A stretch of DNA of 60,569 nucleotides, the filler included, from Nemertoderma westbladi (Eukaryota > Animalia > Xenacoelomorpha): assembly GCA_032718475.1 (NCBI GenBank). It is 2 parts of 2 records of this genome, joined end to end, with 100 filler letters (N's around TTAATTAATTAA, not from the genome) between each part and the next. Parts side by side here need not be neighbours in the genome. Positions count along the whole stretch, not along the records: positions 1 to 29,572 come from JAUCBJ010001432.1; positions 29,673 to 60,569 come from JAUCBJ010007365.1. The stretch is one strand, 5' to 3'. The first letter of the stretch is position 1; each line of letters opens with the position of its first letter. The notes beneath the pieces are model-generated. The model saw only the letters and a program-made list of their open reading frames with translations, was not told the origin of the DNA and ran no database searches. Made by a program: the position numbers and the translations under genes. This document shows, piece after piece, positions 23,033 to 34,128 of this stretch.

Positions 23033-25884
23033 AATCTCCCCACAGACCACTGCCTTCCATCTGGGTTCAATCTCCCCACCGCACCGGCCTCCGCATTCCC
23101 TCTGGGTTCAATCTCCCCACAGGCCATTGCCTTCCATCTGGGTTCAATCTCCCCACCGGGACCTCCGCCTTCCATCTGAGTTCAATCTCCCCTCAGGCCT
23201 CTGCCTTCCACCTGGGTTCAATCTCCCCACCGGGGCCTCCGCTTTCCTTCTGGGTTCAATCTCCCCACCGGCCTCCGTCTTCCTCTGGGTTCAATCTCCC
23301 CACAGGCCACTGCCTTCCATCTGGGTTCAATCTCCCCACCGGGGCCTCCGCCTTCCATCTGAGTTCAATCTCCCCACAGGCCTCTGCCTTCCATCTGGGT
23401 TCAATCTCCACACCGGGGCCTCCGCTTTCCTTCTGGGTTCAATCTCCCCACCGGCCTCCGTCTTCCTCTGGGTTCAATCTCCCCATAGGCCACTGCCTTC
23501 CACCTGGGTTCAATCTCCCCACCGGGGCCTCCGCTTTCCTTCTGGGTTCAATCTCCCCACCGGCCTCCGTCTTCCTCTGGGTTCAATCTCCCCACAGGCC
23601 ACTGCCTTCCACCTGGGTTCAATCTCCCCAACGGGGCCTCCGCTTTCCTTCTGGGTTCAATCTCCCCACCGGCCTCCGTCTTCCTCTGGGTTCAATCTCC
23701 CCACAGGCCACTGCCTTCCACCTGGGTTCAATCTCCCCACCGGGGCCTCCGCTTTCCTTCTGGGTTCAATCTCCCCACCGGGGCCTCCGCCTTCCATCTG
23801 AGTTCAATCTCCCCACAGGCCTCTGCCTTCCACCTGGGTTCAATCTCCCCACCGGGGCCTCCGCTTTCCTTCTGGGTTCAATCTCCCCACCGGCCTCTAA
23901 TCTTCCTCTGGGTTCAATTTCCCCACAGGCCACTGCCTTCCATCTGGGTTCAATCTCCCCACCGGGGCCTCCGCCTTCCATCTGAGTTCAATCTCCCCAC
24001 AGTTCTCTGCCTTCCATCTGGGTTCAATCTCCCCACCGGGGCCTCCGCCTTCCATCTGGGTTCAATCTCCCCACCGGGTCCTCCGCCTTCCATCTGGGTT
24101 CAATCTCCCCACCCGGGCCTCTGCCTTCCATCTGAGTTCAATCTCCCCACAGGCCTCTGCCTTCCATCTGGGTTCAATCTCCCCACCGGGGCCTCCGCTT
24201 TCCATCTGGGTTCAATCTCCCCACCGGGGCCTCCGCTTTCCTTCTGGGTTCAATATCCCCACCGGCCTCCGTCTTCCTCTGGGTTCAATCTCCCCACAGG
24301 CCACTGCCTTCCATCTGGGTTCAATCTCCCCACCGGGGCCTCCGCCTTCCATCTGAGTTCAATCTCCCCACAGGCCTCTGCCTTCCATCTGGGTTCAATC
24401 TCCCCAGCGGGGCCTCCGCCTTCTATCTGGGTTCAATCTCCCCACAGGCCTCTGCCTTCCCTCTGGGTTCAATCTCCTCATTGGCCTCCGTCTTACCTCT
24501 GGGTTCAATCTCCCCACAGGCCACTACCTGTCATCTGGGTTAAATCTCCCCACAGGCCTCCGCTTTCCCTCTGGGTTCAATCTCCTCATTGGCCTCCGTC
24601 TTACCTCTGGGTTCAATCTCCCAACAGGCCTCTGCCTTCCCTCTGGGTTCAATCTCCTCATTGGCCTCCGGCTTACCTCTGGGTTCAATCTCCCCACAGG
24701 CCACTGCCTTCCATTTGGGTTCAATCTCCCCACCGGGGCCTCCGCCTTCCATCTGAGTTCAATCTCCCCACAGGCCTCTGCCTTCCATCTGGGTTCAATC
24801 TCCCCAGCGGGGCCTCCGCCTTCCATCTGGGTTCAATCTCCCCACAGGCCTCTGCCTTCCCTCTGGGTTCAATCTCCTCATTGGCCTCCGTCTTACCTCT
24901 GGGTTCAATCTCCCCACAGGCCACTGCCTGTCATCTGGGTTAAATCTCCCCACAGGCCTCCGCTTTCCCTCTGGGTTCAATCTCCTCATTGGCCTCCGTC
25001 TTACCTCTGGGTTCAATCTCCCCACAGGCCACTGCCTGTCATCTGGGTTAAATCTCCCCACAGGCCTCCGCTTTCCCTCTGGGTTCAATATCCTCATTGG
25101 CCTCCGTCTTACCTCTGGGTTCAATCTCCCCACCGGCCTCTTCCTTCCCTCTGGGTTCAATCTCCTCATTGGCCTCCGTCTTACCTCTGGGTTCAATCTC
25201 CCCACAGGCCACTGCCTTCCATCTGGGTTCAATCTCCCCACCGGGGCCTCCGCCTTCCATCTGAGTTCAATCTCCCCACAGGCCTCTGCCTTCCATCTGG
25301 GTTCAATCTCCCCAGCGGGGCCTCCGCCTTCCATCTGGGTTCAATCTCCCCACAGGCCTCTGCCTTCCCTCTGGGTTCAATCTCCTCATTGGCCTCCGTC
25401 TTACCTCTGGGTTCAATCTCCCCACAGGCCACTGCCTGTCATCTGGGTTAAATCTCCCCACCGGCCAACGCTTTCCCTCTGGGTTCAATCTCCCCACCGG
25501 CCTCCGTCTTCCTCTGGGTTCAATCTCCCCACAGGCCACTGCCTGTCATCTGGGTTAAATCTCCCCACAGGCCTCCGCTTTCCCTCTGGGTTCAATCTCC
25601 TCATTGGCCTCCGTGTTACCTCTGGGTTCAATCTCCCCACAGGCCACTGCCTGTCATCTGGGTTAAATCTCCCCAACGGCCACCGCTTTCCCTCTGGGTT
25701 CAATCTCCCCACCGGCCTCCGTCTTCCTCTGGGTTCAATCTCCCCACAGGCCACTGCCTGTCATCTGGGTTAAATCTCCCCACAGGCCTCCTCTTTCCCT
25801 CTGGGTTCAATCTCCTCATTGGCCTCCGTCTTACCTCTGGGTTCAATCTCCCCACAAGCCACTGCTTTCCCTCTGGGTTCAATC
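23033..25884. repeat. C-rich 36/38-bp minisatellite with higher-order structure (core CTGGGTTCAATCTCCCCAC)
   Basis: Core spacing is 36 or 38 bp (e.g. 23285, 23321, 23359), and variant blocks recur. Confidence 0.97.
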
Positions 25885-26175
25885 CAGAGGGAAATCAACT
25901 ACTAGACCATGCGGCTGCTTGGTCGAATGGTAACCGAATATTACTGCAAATTTAAATGGAAGGTGCTTCACTAAATCTCAATATTGAATACTCTCACTAT
26001 CAGGCCATTTTCTTTAATAACTTTTATGGTATTCACTTACAGTTTAGTAAGAAACTTATCCAACATCTTTGATATTACGGCCCAATGTTGCTTTAAGGCC
26101 AGATAGTGGCGCATATTGACCGCAAGTGAAAATTGTGATGTTCAGCGCAAATTAACCGGAAGGGAAAGAAAGTAT

Positions 26176-26226
26176 CGTTTATTGTTTTGGTTAGAAATTA
26201 CCGCCACTGTAACCTGCTCCTTTCCC
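26176..26226 (-). mobile_element. TIR-like end followed by TTAA, inverted relative to 8499-8552
   Basis: GTTTATTGTTTTGGTTAG...GCCACTGTAACCTGCTCCTTTCCC|TTAA. Confidence 0.6.
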
Positions 26227-26519
26227 TTAATGTTTTAAATTAAATTAAATTATTGTTTGGTCATTTTAGCCATTGAGGCAACATGACGTACAATTCTACC
26301 ACTAGTTTTACCCATATTATGGTTATATCTAAGTTATATGTTTGTTTACTCACAAACACAGTGAGTAGACGATTTGTGCAAAATATGTTGTTGTTTCATA
26401 GCAACAGTGGGCCTGATTAGGTAGTATTACAGTAGTAATGTACTGTAATAAATAATATATAACAAATCAAAAAATAATAATAATGATCTGATTATTCAAT
26501 TTCATCAATAAAACCCAAC

Positions 26520-27482
26520 ATGCGTTATAATTATTACAACGAAAGGGCTTCAGTTCCTCTCACCAATGAAATTCAGATGGATTTGATATTTATCCAAGTT
26601 TCATTTCCGCTACTGTGTGTGTTGATAATCATTGGGAATTCAATGACTTTATTAGTTTTAGCAACAAATAAGAAAATGCGAAATCCACTCAACTTCTTTA
26701 TGGCAAACTTAAGTGTTTCTGATTTGTTAGTGGGTATACTTATTGTTATACCCGAAATGTTTGTTTTGGAAGATAGATTTTTTGAATGGAACTACGGATA
26801 CTTCTGGTGCAGATTCTTTCAGTTTATCTTGTTTGTGAGCAACAATGCCTCAATTTTATTCATGCTTTGCATTTGCATAGAGCGCTATATCGTTATTGTC
26901 AAACCGTTTTTAGCCATTCACATTATTTTATGGCCTCAAGTGATTGTTGTTGCCATAACAGTTTGGCTGTTTTCGGTTTCAGTTAATTTGGTTCACTTGG
27001 CTTTCTGGCATTCGGAAGAAGTTTTTTTACCAGCCGCTGGCAGAAACGTAACTATTTGCTGGTTGGCACCTGAAGCAAGAAGATCTCTCGTTATTACAGG
27101 AACTTTGTGCGCATTTATCTTTCCTGCTATTGTTATGTCGATGTTCTATGTAATAATTGGCCTCACTATGTTGAGATCAAGAACTTCGCGAAAAACTAAG
27201 ACGAATCGAGTTGTAGAAAGGAAAGGAAAACGAATAGTTTCTATGATGGTTGTAGTTATGGTGAGTTTCTATGTCTGTTGGCTCCCAAATCACATCTACA
27301 ATTTTATCGATGAGTTCATTGGTTTCAATGACTCTTATGACAATGTTAGAAAATGGTATTTCGTCATCTCAGTTTTCTTTGTATTTTTATCGTGTTGTAT
27401 TAATCCTATTATATACATTTGCTTCTTGCCCGGGTTCAGAGATGGTATAAAAGATCTTGTGATGTGTCGTTGCCACAAGTAA
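26520..27482 (+). CDS. Class A (rhodopsin-like) GPCR, probably a neuropeptide receptor, single exon
   Basis: GN in TM1, NLSVSDLL in TM2, W..G...C in ECL1, ERY in TM3, W in TM4, FIFP in TM5, FYVCWLP in TM6, NPIIY in TM7, helix 8 FRDGIK. Confidence 0.95.
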   Translation: MRYNYYNERASVPLTNEIQMDLIFIQVSFPLLCVLIIIGNSMTLLVLATNKKMRNPLNFFMANLSVSDLLVGILIVIPEMFVLEDRFFEWNYGYFWCRFFQFILFVSNNASILFMLCICIERYIVIVKPFLAIHIILWPQVIVVAITVWLFSVSVNLVHLAFWHSEEVFLPAAGRNVTICWLAPEARRSLVITGTLCAFIFPAIVMSMFYVIIGLTMLRSRTSRKTKTNRVVERKGKRIVSMMVVVMVSFYVCWLPNHIYNFIDEFIGFNDSYDNVRKWYFVISVFFVFLSCCINPIIYICFLPGFRDGIKDLVMCRCHK

Positions 27483-27833
27483 CCCAACTATGACTCAACT
27501 GGAGCAGAGAAGAAGCGAAGCTGTACAAAGTAAAAGCCGTATATTACATTATTAAAACGATCTTTTTAAATATGTACAATGTATATGTGAAAACTTTTTT
27601 TCAAAATTGTCATGATCTTAAATTCATAGATTGTTTTCAGCTATTAATACATTTTTATTATAACTATTTAACAGTGAAAATAAATTAGTGCTGATATCTC
27701 GTTACTGACCCCGAAATGTACAATAGGACGAGGAAGTTATAACAAGCTAATATTATTATAGGTTAGGGGCCTTGAGTGATATAAAGCTGTTATATTTACA
27801 TGAAATGCCTAACTTTCTTCGTATATTTGACTT

Positions 27834-29004
27834 GGATGTAGGAAAATTCGGTCCCGGACAATTCGGTCCGGACAATTCGGTCCCGTACAATTCGGTCCCG
27901 GACAATTCGGTCCCAAAACAATAACCAAAAGGGACCGAATTGTCCGGGACCGAATTGTCCGCGACCGAATTGTCCGGTTCCTGATAGCAACTTTTTAGTG
28001 CTTTTTTGATATTGGTGAATGTTCTATAACATTACTAGATATATTTGTTTATGGTAGCTAGTGTTTTTTACTAGCTAGAATTTTTTGAAATTTTAAAAAT
28101 AATGTATTTTTTTTATTTTTGTTATTGGTAAGTGTTCGAGAACATTATTATATATTATTTAATAAGGTGTAGCTGGTTTTTTTTTACTAGCTAGCATTTT
28201 CTTGGAATTATAAAAAAATTTGTGAAAACATTGATATTTCAGAGTTAGGCCTAAACTGTTGCAGATTATATTAATTACCAAAAATATTGATGATATTATA
28301 ACAGTGAATGAGATCCAGCTATTATCTAGAATAATAATTTAGGCTTGTTAACTAACCAACAACACAATTCATATACATACGCAATTTATAAAAAAAAATC
28401 AGTTTTAAACATTTTAAATACATACTATTACTAGCTAGTAAATAATTCACAAGCTACATAAAAACACCATAATAGCTACCATAACTAATAATGTTAACAA
28501 AAAAAAAGTATTTTTATTTATTTTCAAAAAAATACTAGCTAGTAAAATAACACTAGCTACCATATAATAATATATATGAAGGTTCTAGAACATTCATCAT
28601 TATATAGTACAAATTAAATTTGGTCCCGGACAATTCGGTCCCATTAAAGGCCATGATACACCACAGGAGCGGCGAGTGACAGCGGCAGGCGGCCGCGGCG
28701 AGCGGCCGATGTGAGCGGCGACTTTTAGTATGATACACTATAGGAGCAGCGAGCGGCAGCAGCGGTGTATCATCACCCATAGAAAATAATGTGTTCTATT
28801 TTTAAAAAGTGGCCGCTTGCCGCGGCCGCTGCCGCTCGCCGCTCCTGTGGTGTATATCATGGCCTTAATATATATGTTTTGGGACCGAATTGTTCTAGTC
28901 GGTATCCGGACAATTGGGTCCCAAAATACCAAATTAATGGGACCGAATTGTCCGGGACCGAATTGTCCGGACCGAATTCTCCGGGACCAAATTGTCCTGC
29001 TTCC
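27834..29004. mobile_element. Non-autonomous Mutator/Foldback-like element with 9-bp TSD
   Basis: Ends are GGATGTAGGAAAATTCGGTCCCGG and CCGGGACCAAATTGTCCTGCTTCC. Flanks ATTTGACTT (27825-27833) and ATCTGACTT (29005-29013) match at 8 of 9 bases. It carries ACAATTCGGTCCCGG subrepeats and internal inverted arms. Confidence 0.85.
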
Positions 29005-29572
29005 ATCTGACTTATTGCGGTTAACGAAGTTAACGAGGTTAGTGCGAGTCCTTATAACTATCAGATTGATATATTTGTTTATTCAGTGAAATTTAATATG
29101 TAATAAACAATTAGTTATCTATAAACAATAATTATGATATAATTCAACCAAGTAAAAAATGAACACCACAATAACATGAATGTGTCATATAGCAGCACAA
29201 TGTCGAGCGCGCTCGGACAGCGGAAAAGAGATCCTTCCAGGCTTCCCGATTCATAGTTGTCGCAATTTCGTTTCTGCAAGAACATCAGTATCCCTGTCAA
29301 TTTGGTCTGTTGTCGTTGTCAGAAAAGTAGATTTAGTATGACCGCATGTTTACTTCTCCAACAGCAGGGCCCACTGAATCGTAACTTGCGTTTATAGAGA
29401 GTGGTTGATACAGATGTTATTATAACATAAAGCTCAACGTTTGTTATGTGTTGTCACCAGTTGATACTGTAGTTATGGTTCCCTTGCCTTTAGAAATCTT
29501 CTGTATCAAATCGTTGATGGGTTGGTTTGTACATCAAATTACTGTATAATAACCAACAAAGCTAAAATTGTC

Positions 29573-29672
29573 NNNNNNNNNNNNNNNNNNNNNNNNNNNN
29601 NNNNNNNNNNNNNNNNTTAATTAATTAANNNNNNNNNNNNNNNNNNNNNNNNNNNNNNNNNNNNNNNNNNNN
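29573..29672. other. Artificial contig-joining spacer (44 N + TTAATTAATTAA + 44 N)
   Basis: Exactly 100 bp, with a central six-frame stop linker. Confidence 0.97.
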
Positions 29673-30549
29673 ACTATCTATTGATCAATTTGATTATTTT
29701 AAAAAATTTGGTGCTGGCACAACAATTTTCACCCAACGGCGAAAAATACAAGTTTGAAAACTCTTATATAATTTACGTATGACGTATTCCATTGAATTCG
29801 GAACCCTCACAAACCCTGCTAACCGAACAAACCATCAACTCTAAACTAACAAGTTCAACAATGCTAAATCGGCAGGTTTATATAAAAATATCAAATTTAT
29901 TATGGATAATCCAGATCGATAGTAAAACAAATGATTCTGCTACACTAGATACATTGGGTGTCAGGGGTTCAGCATCTTACAAAAGTATCATCATTTTTAA
30001 ATTTGCAAGATGTAATTATGGGGAGCCGTTCGGGTCAAAATCAAATTACAAAAAACCATATCTTTAGAATTCATATAGTATATTTTATTGTTCGCCGTTT
30101 GGGCCAAAAAGTTGTTCGTTAATTATTTATCGCAATAATTTTTATTGTCCGTATAAATCACTCATGATGTCCTTTTTTTGACTTTTTATGTACTCCAGAA
30201 ATTTACCGTTAGGTTCCATGCTACCGGTTTCTCTACTGCTGTTCTCTCAGGCTATCAGTACCGGTATTAGTATATAGAGCACTATTTTGCAGTATTGCAT
30301 GTACAGATGTAGGTATAAAGCAGGTATCTTAGTTTTATTTTATTTTAGTTGTATTAGTTTTATTGTTTTGGTTCATCAATTGGTAATTGTTTGAGTAAAT
30401 GAGTGTTTTGCTACGTCATGTGGTAATCGATTATCGACAACAACCACAAACTAATAAATTTTGAGTCTTTTACCACAGGCGCATATGGAAATCTATAAGT
30501 CTATGAGTCTATAAATCATGGAATTTTGAATGTTTTAGCATAGGCATGT

Positions 30550-30712
30550 TGAAATCAACTGTCTGACAGTCCAGAAATCAGCAGTCTGACAGTTTGAAGA
30601 AATACATACATAAAAAGGACAACAAAAGTCATTAAAGGGACAACAAAAGTCATTATGCACAATTCGTAAAAAAAGGAGGACAAAAAAGTCAAATAAAAGG
30701 ACATAAAAAATC
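30550..30712. repeat. Short subrepeat cluster (GTCTGACAGT x2; GGACAACAAAAGTC-like x3), possibly a TIR remnant of the adjacent integrase relic
   Basis: Direct repeats about 420 bp upstream of the 31130 integrase pseudogene. Confidence 0.4.
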
Positions 30713-31129
30713 ACTGCCATTATTTATTTCACCAAATGGGCCAAAATTCAGAAGAGGGAAATTTAAATAACTATGGTACTGTAGTACAGTACTGGTCAGC
30801 TGGTAGGCCTTCCCTTATTCATGTTATTCAGTTGGGACAATTACAGACAAAAAATGCCCATTACACATTACAAGCTGACAGCTTACAAGTTAACTGCAGC
30901 ACTACTGCAGTTAACCTGTAAACCTCACCTCTCTGCACTGACTAAATGTTAAGTACTGAACTAGGCCTAATCAATTGGAATGCACCTTTCTGCCTTTCAG
31001 ATTTTGACTGATTCTGTGATTGTCTTCAGTTATTATTACTATTATTATTTTTATTTATATTTATAATTATGTTTAGTTAGATACTGGAGATAGGTTGGTC
31101 CTGCACGGTAGGCCTAGACATTTAGCTGC

Positions 31130-32030
31130 TTGCTACCTGCTACCCTATCACCTATGTGGGGTCCGGGCCGTCATCATGTTGCGCTAGATGATGCGCAACT
31201 ACGCTTTCTACGAATTAGGCAGTGGTTTTCGATTCGGGATATTGCTAATCTCACAGGTGCCTCGGAGCGAACTATAAAGAGGCGATGTTTGGAGCTAAAC
31301 GTGACCAGTCATCGATTTACGTCTGTATCAGACGACAGACTTATTGATTGGAGATTTGTTTTTCATGGGATTGTAGATGGTTACAGCCGAATGGTGGTTG
31401 AAATTTTGCTTAGCGATAATAATAGGTCGAATACGGCGTTGAGTAACTTAACTTTAATAAAGCTGTTTCACTACATGTGCTATATTATGGGCATCGTCAG
31501 CAATAATGCCATACACACAACATCAGCAGTCTGACATTAATTTTTATTAATCTATTTATTCTTAGTTTTACTGTAAATTATGTACGTTTTATTGCTCCAA
31601 AATGGTTTGGATTAAAGAAACAATATTCAATAATGCTGTTTCGAAATATGGTTTGCCTCAGCGAGTTCGCGGTGATCTCGGAACTGAAACCATTGGGATT
31701 GCGCGATTTATTATACAGAATCGGGGATTAGGTAGGGGTAGTTAGGCCTATATAGGTGGAAGAAGTGTTCATAATGTCCGAATAGAGCGTCTGTGGGGGG
31801 AAGTAAACAGAGTAGTAACCAATGACTATAAGCCTGTGTTCAAATGCCTGGAACACGACGGTCTCTTTCAGCCAACCAATGAACTGCATTTATTCATACT
31901 ACACTACATCTATAAACCCCGTATAGAGAAATCTGGAACAAGTCACCAAATCAGTTGTGGTGTGCGAGTATTTTATCGCAACCTAATAATGGCACCGCTG
32001 CCGCTTATCAAGCAAATGATGAAATAGAAG
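31130..32030 (+). pseudogene. Degenerate second IS3EU-like DDE integrase
   Basis: ASERTIKRR, WRFVFHGIVDGYSRMVV..SDNNRS, then KYGLPQRVRGDLGTE, GGRSVHNVRIERLWGEV and LFILHYIYKPRI. Has an internal deletion, stops and an AT-rich interruption at ~31441-31620. Confidence 0.85.
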
Positions 32031-32420
32031 AAGAGACTACGGCGGTTGAAGCGCCAGTAACTGAGGTCATAGTTTGCAATATAATATAATAATAATATCT
32101 CAGAAGTGGCTACTGACCGGACCCATAGACCGGACCTCTAAATACCGTATTACAGCTTTATATTTGATTTATATTTTACTTGTGTAGTGTATTATTGACT
32201 GGACCCTTATTACCACAATTAAGTAACCTGCATAATCTTGTAACATGTGTTAACTTTCGTTTATTGTTTTGGTTCCCCCAACACGCCTCTGCAACCTGCT
32301 CCTTTACTAAACTTCTCCTTTATATGGCAATGGGTCCGGTCAGTGTCCTTTGCCATATCTTAGTTATTAATTTGTGTTCTAGATAATAATACATAATACG
32401 CAAATAATAAATAACAATAA

Positions 32421-32555
32421 TTATTACACGGTTATTTTGTTATTTTCCTGGTTATTTTGCCCGGGGAGAAGGATTAACCCAAGGGCCGCAGCCCCGAGGG
32501 TATCCTTCTCCAAGGGCAAAATAACCGGGAAAATAACAAAATTACCGTGTAATAA
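32421..32555. repeat. Long imperfect palindrome (hairpin MITE-like)
   Basis: TTATTACACGGTTATTTTGTTATTTTCCTGGTTATTTTGCCC..GGAGAAGGAT pairs with ATCCTTCTCC..GGGCAAAATAACCGGGAAAATAACAAAATTACCGTGTAATAA around a GC-rich centre. Confidence 0.85.
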
Positions 32556-33828
32556 ATAAATATGTTATTCCCCATTTTTATTATCATCTCATAATGAATT
32601 TCACGAATAAACGGACATAGGGGCTCATAAAAAACCTTCGCAGATAATCTTTTCAATGTAACAAATACATAATAACATAAAACACTAATTACATAACACT
32701 TAGAGTAAATTTCTTTCTCTTTAAAGGTGGTTCATCTAACTCGCAGTCATTATTATTACCGGAACTATCGGTACCGGTAATACCGCCGCATGAAACAGTC
32801 GCCATGGTAGGCCTACGGCGACGCGGTACTCGTACACAATTACATTTAAAAATTTTTGACAGTTCCGTATTCATTTCACTTAGTTTTAATTTATCTTCGG
32901 GATCCATTATTATGCAGGCCTGCCGGTTTGCAGTATGACAGACAGTTACAGTATGCCTACTATCCTTCATCCCTTACAGCCACAGCCTAACCCACTGTCA
33001 GACTACTTACACTACTGCACTACCGGTACCTGTCCTTGTGTCCTGTTCCTGTACGACAGACTGCCAGTACGAGCTACGCCGCTACACGGTACCGGTACAT
33101 ATCATGTACCGGTACTAAATACCAAATACATGCTAGGCTTACAACAGTCAGACAGTACAACAACAGAACTGTACAATCAGATAATGCGGTGACAGCAGCA
33201 TAGACAGATAGGCCATTAACGTACAGTCCTGCAGTGACTTTATGAACAGGACAGACTGAAACCAAAGCTGGTGTATTTCAAATTTCCCTCTTCATAATTT
33301 TGGCCCATCTGGGGAAATAAAAAATTAACCAACAACATTTTGACCCATACGGCGCAACATTTAAATTAACTATATTAATTCTAATGACAGTTTTTTTTAC
33401 TTGAATTTGGCCCAAACGGCGCCCCATATGCAATCCTTGCCGAAGAACTATTTTCCTCCCAAAAGTCAAAAATTTGTCATACTCTATTTCGTACTCTATA
33501 CATACTCTCTATTCCTTCCTTCTATTTCAGAATAAGTACAGGAAATGTCAATGTAATGTACACAAATGTAAGTCCAAGATCACAGAGCAACCTTTTAAAC
33601 AACTACTACTACTATAATCGGACTGAAGCATTGAAACACATTGAGATGCTATGCCTGATATCCATATACATACAAGTTTGTCATGGTCATTTGGTAGCAT
33701 TGTCCAACGTTTCCTGGAACCCAAACACAGAGAGTTGCTTGCTATGTGACAGTTACTAGAGTTCTATAAAAGTAGTGAAAGTCTGTGACATATTGAGATT
33801 TAAGTAAGTCATTATCATCTTCATTATT

Positions 33829-34052
33829 GGTGTTAGCTGAATGGTTAAGAGCGTCAGACTTCCAACCCGGAGGGCACCAGTTCGATCCCACCTGGACGTC
33901 ATTGCCGACTTTGCAAAAGCCCAACAAAAAGTTATGATCATTTTGTGTGACCATTATCCTTTCCTGTGGCTGGTATGATCCTGACACCTTTAGTATCCAT
34001 TACAAGGGGTCTGCTAGTCGGCTTGCCACTACCTTAAACAATTTAACCTTTA
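33829..34052 (+). mobile_element. Probable tRNA-derived SINE
   Basis: Pol III A box TAGCTGAATGG and B box GTTCGATCC at tRNA spacing, poor cloverleaf pairing, then a non-tRNA body ending ACCTTAAACAATTTAACCTTTA. Confidence 0.55.
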
Positions 34053-34128
34053 GTATCAAGTTGTTCAAAGCCATACAACAAAACATATGAATGTTAAAAC
34101 AAAAGTAAAAATGAACATAAATTTCCCA

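Noticed and set aside
22945-25882. Long Pro/Ser/Gly-rich ORFs (346 aa, 224 aa and others), and a CRISPR-like look of constant core plus variable part
   Set aside because: The ORFs are translations of the minisatellite in several frames. The variable parts are variants of one another, not unique spacers; there are no cas genes and the context is eukaryotic.
33829-33901. Functional tRNA-Gly(TCC)
   Set aside because: Acceptor and anticodon stems pair poorly and there is no oligo-T terminator; treated as a SINE head.
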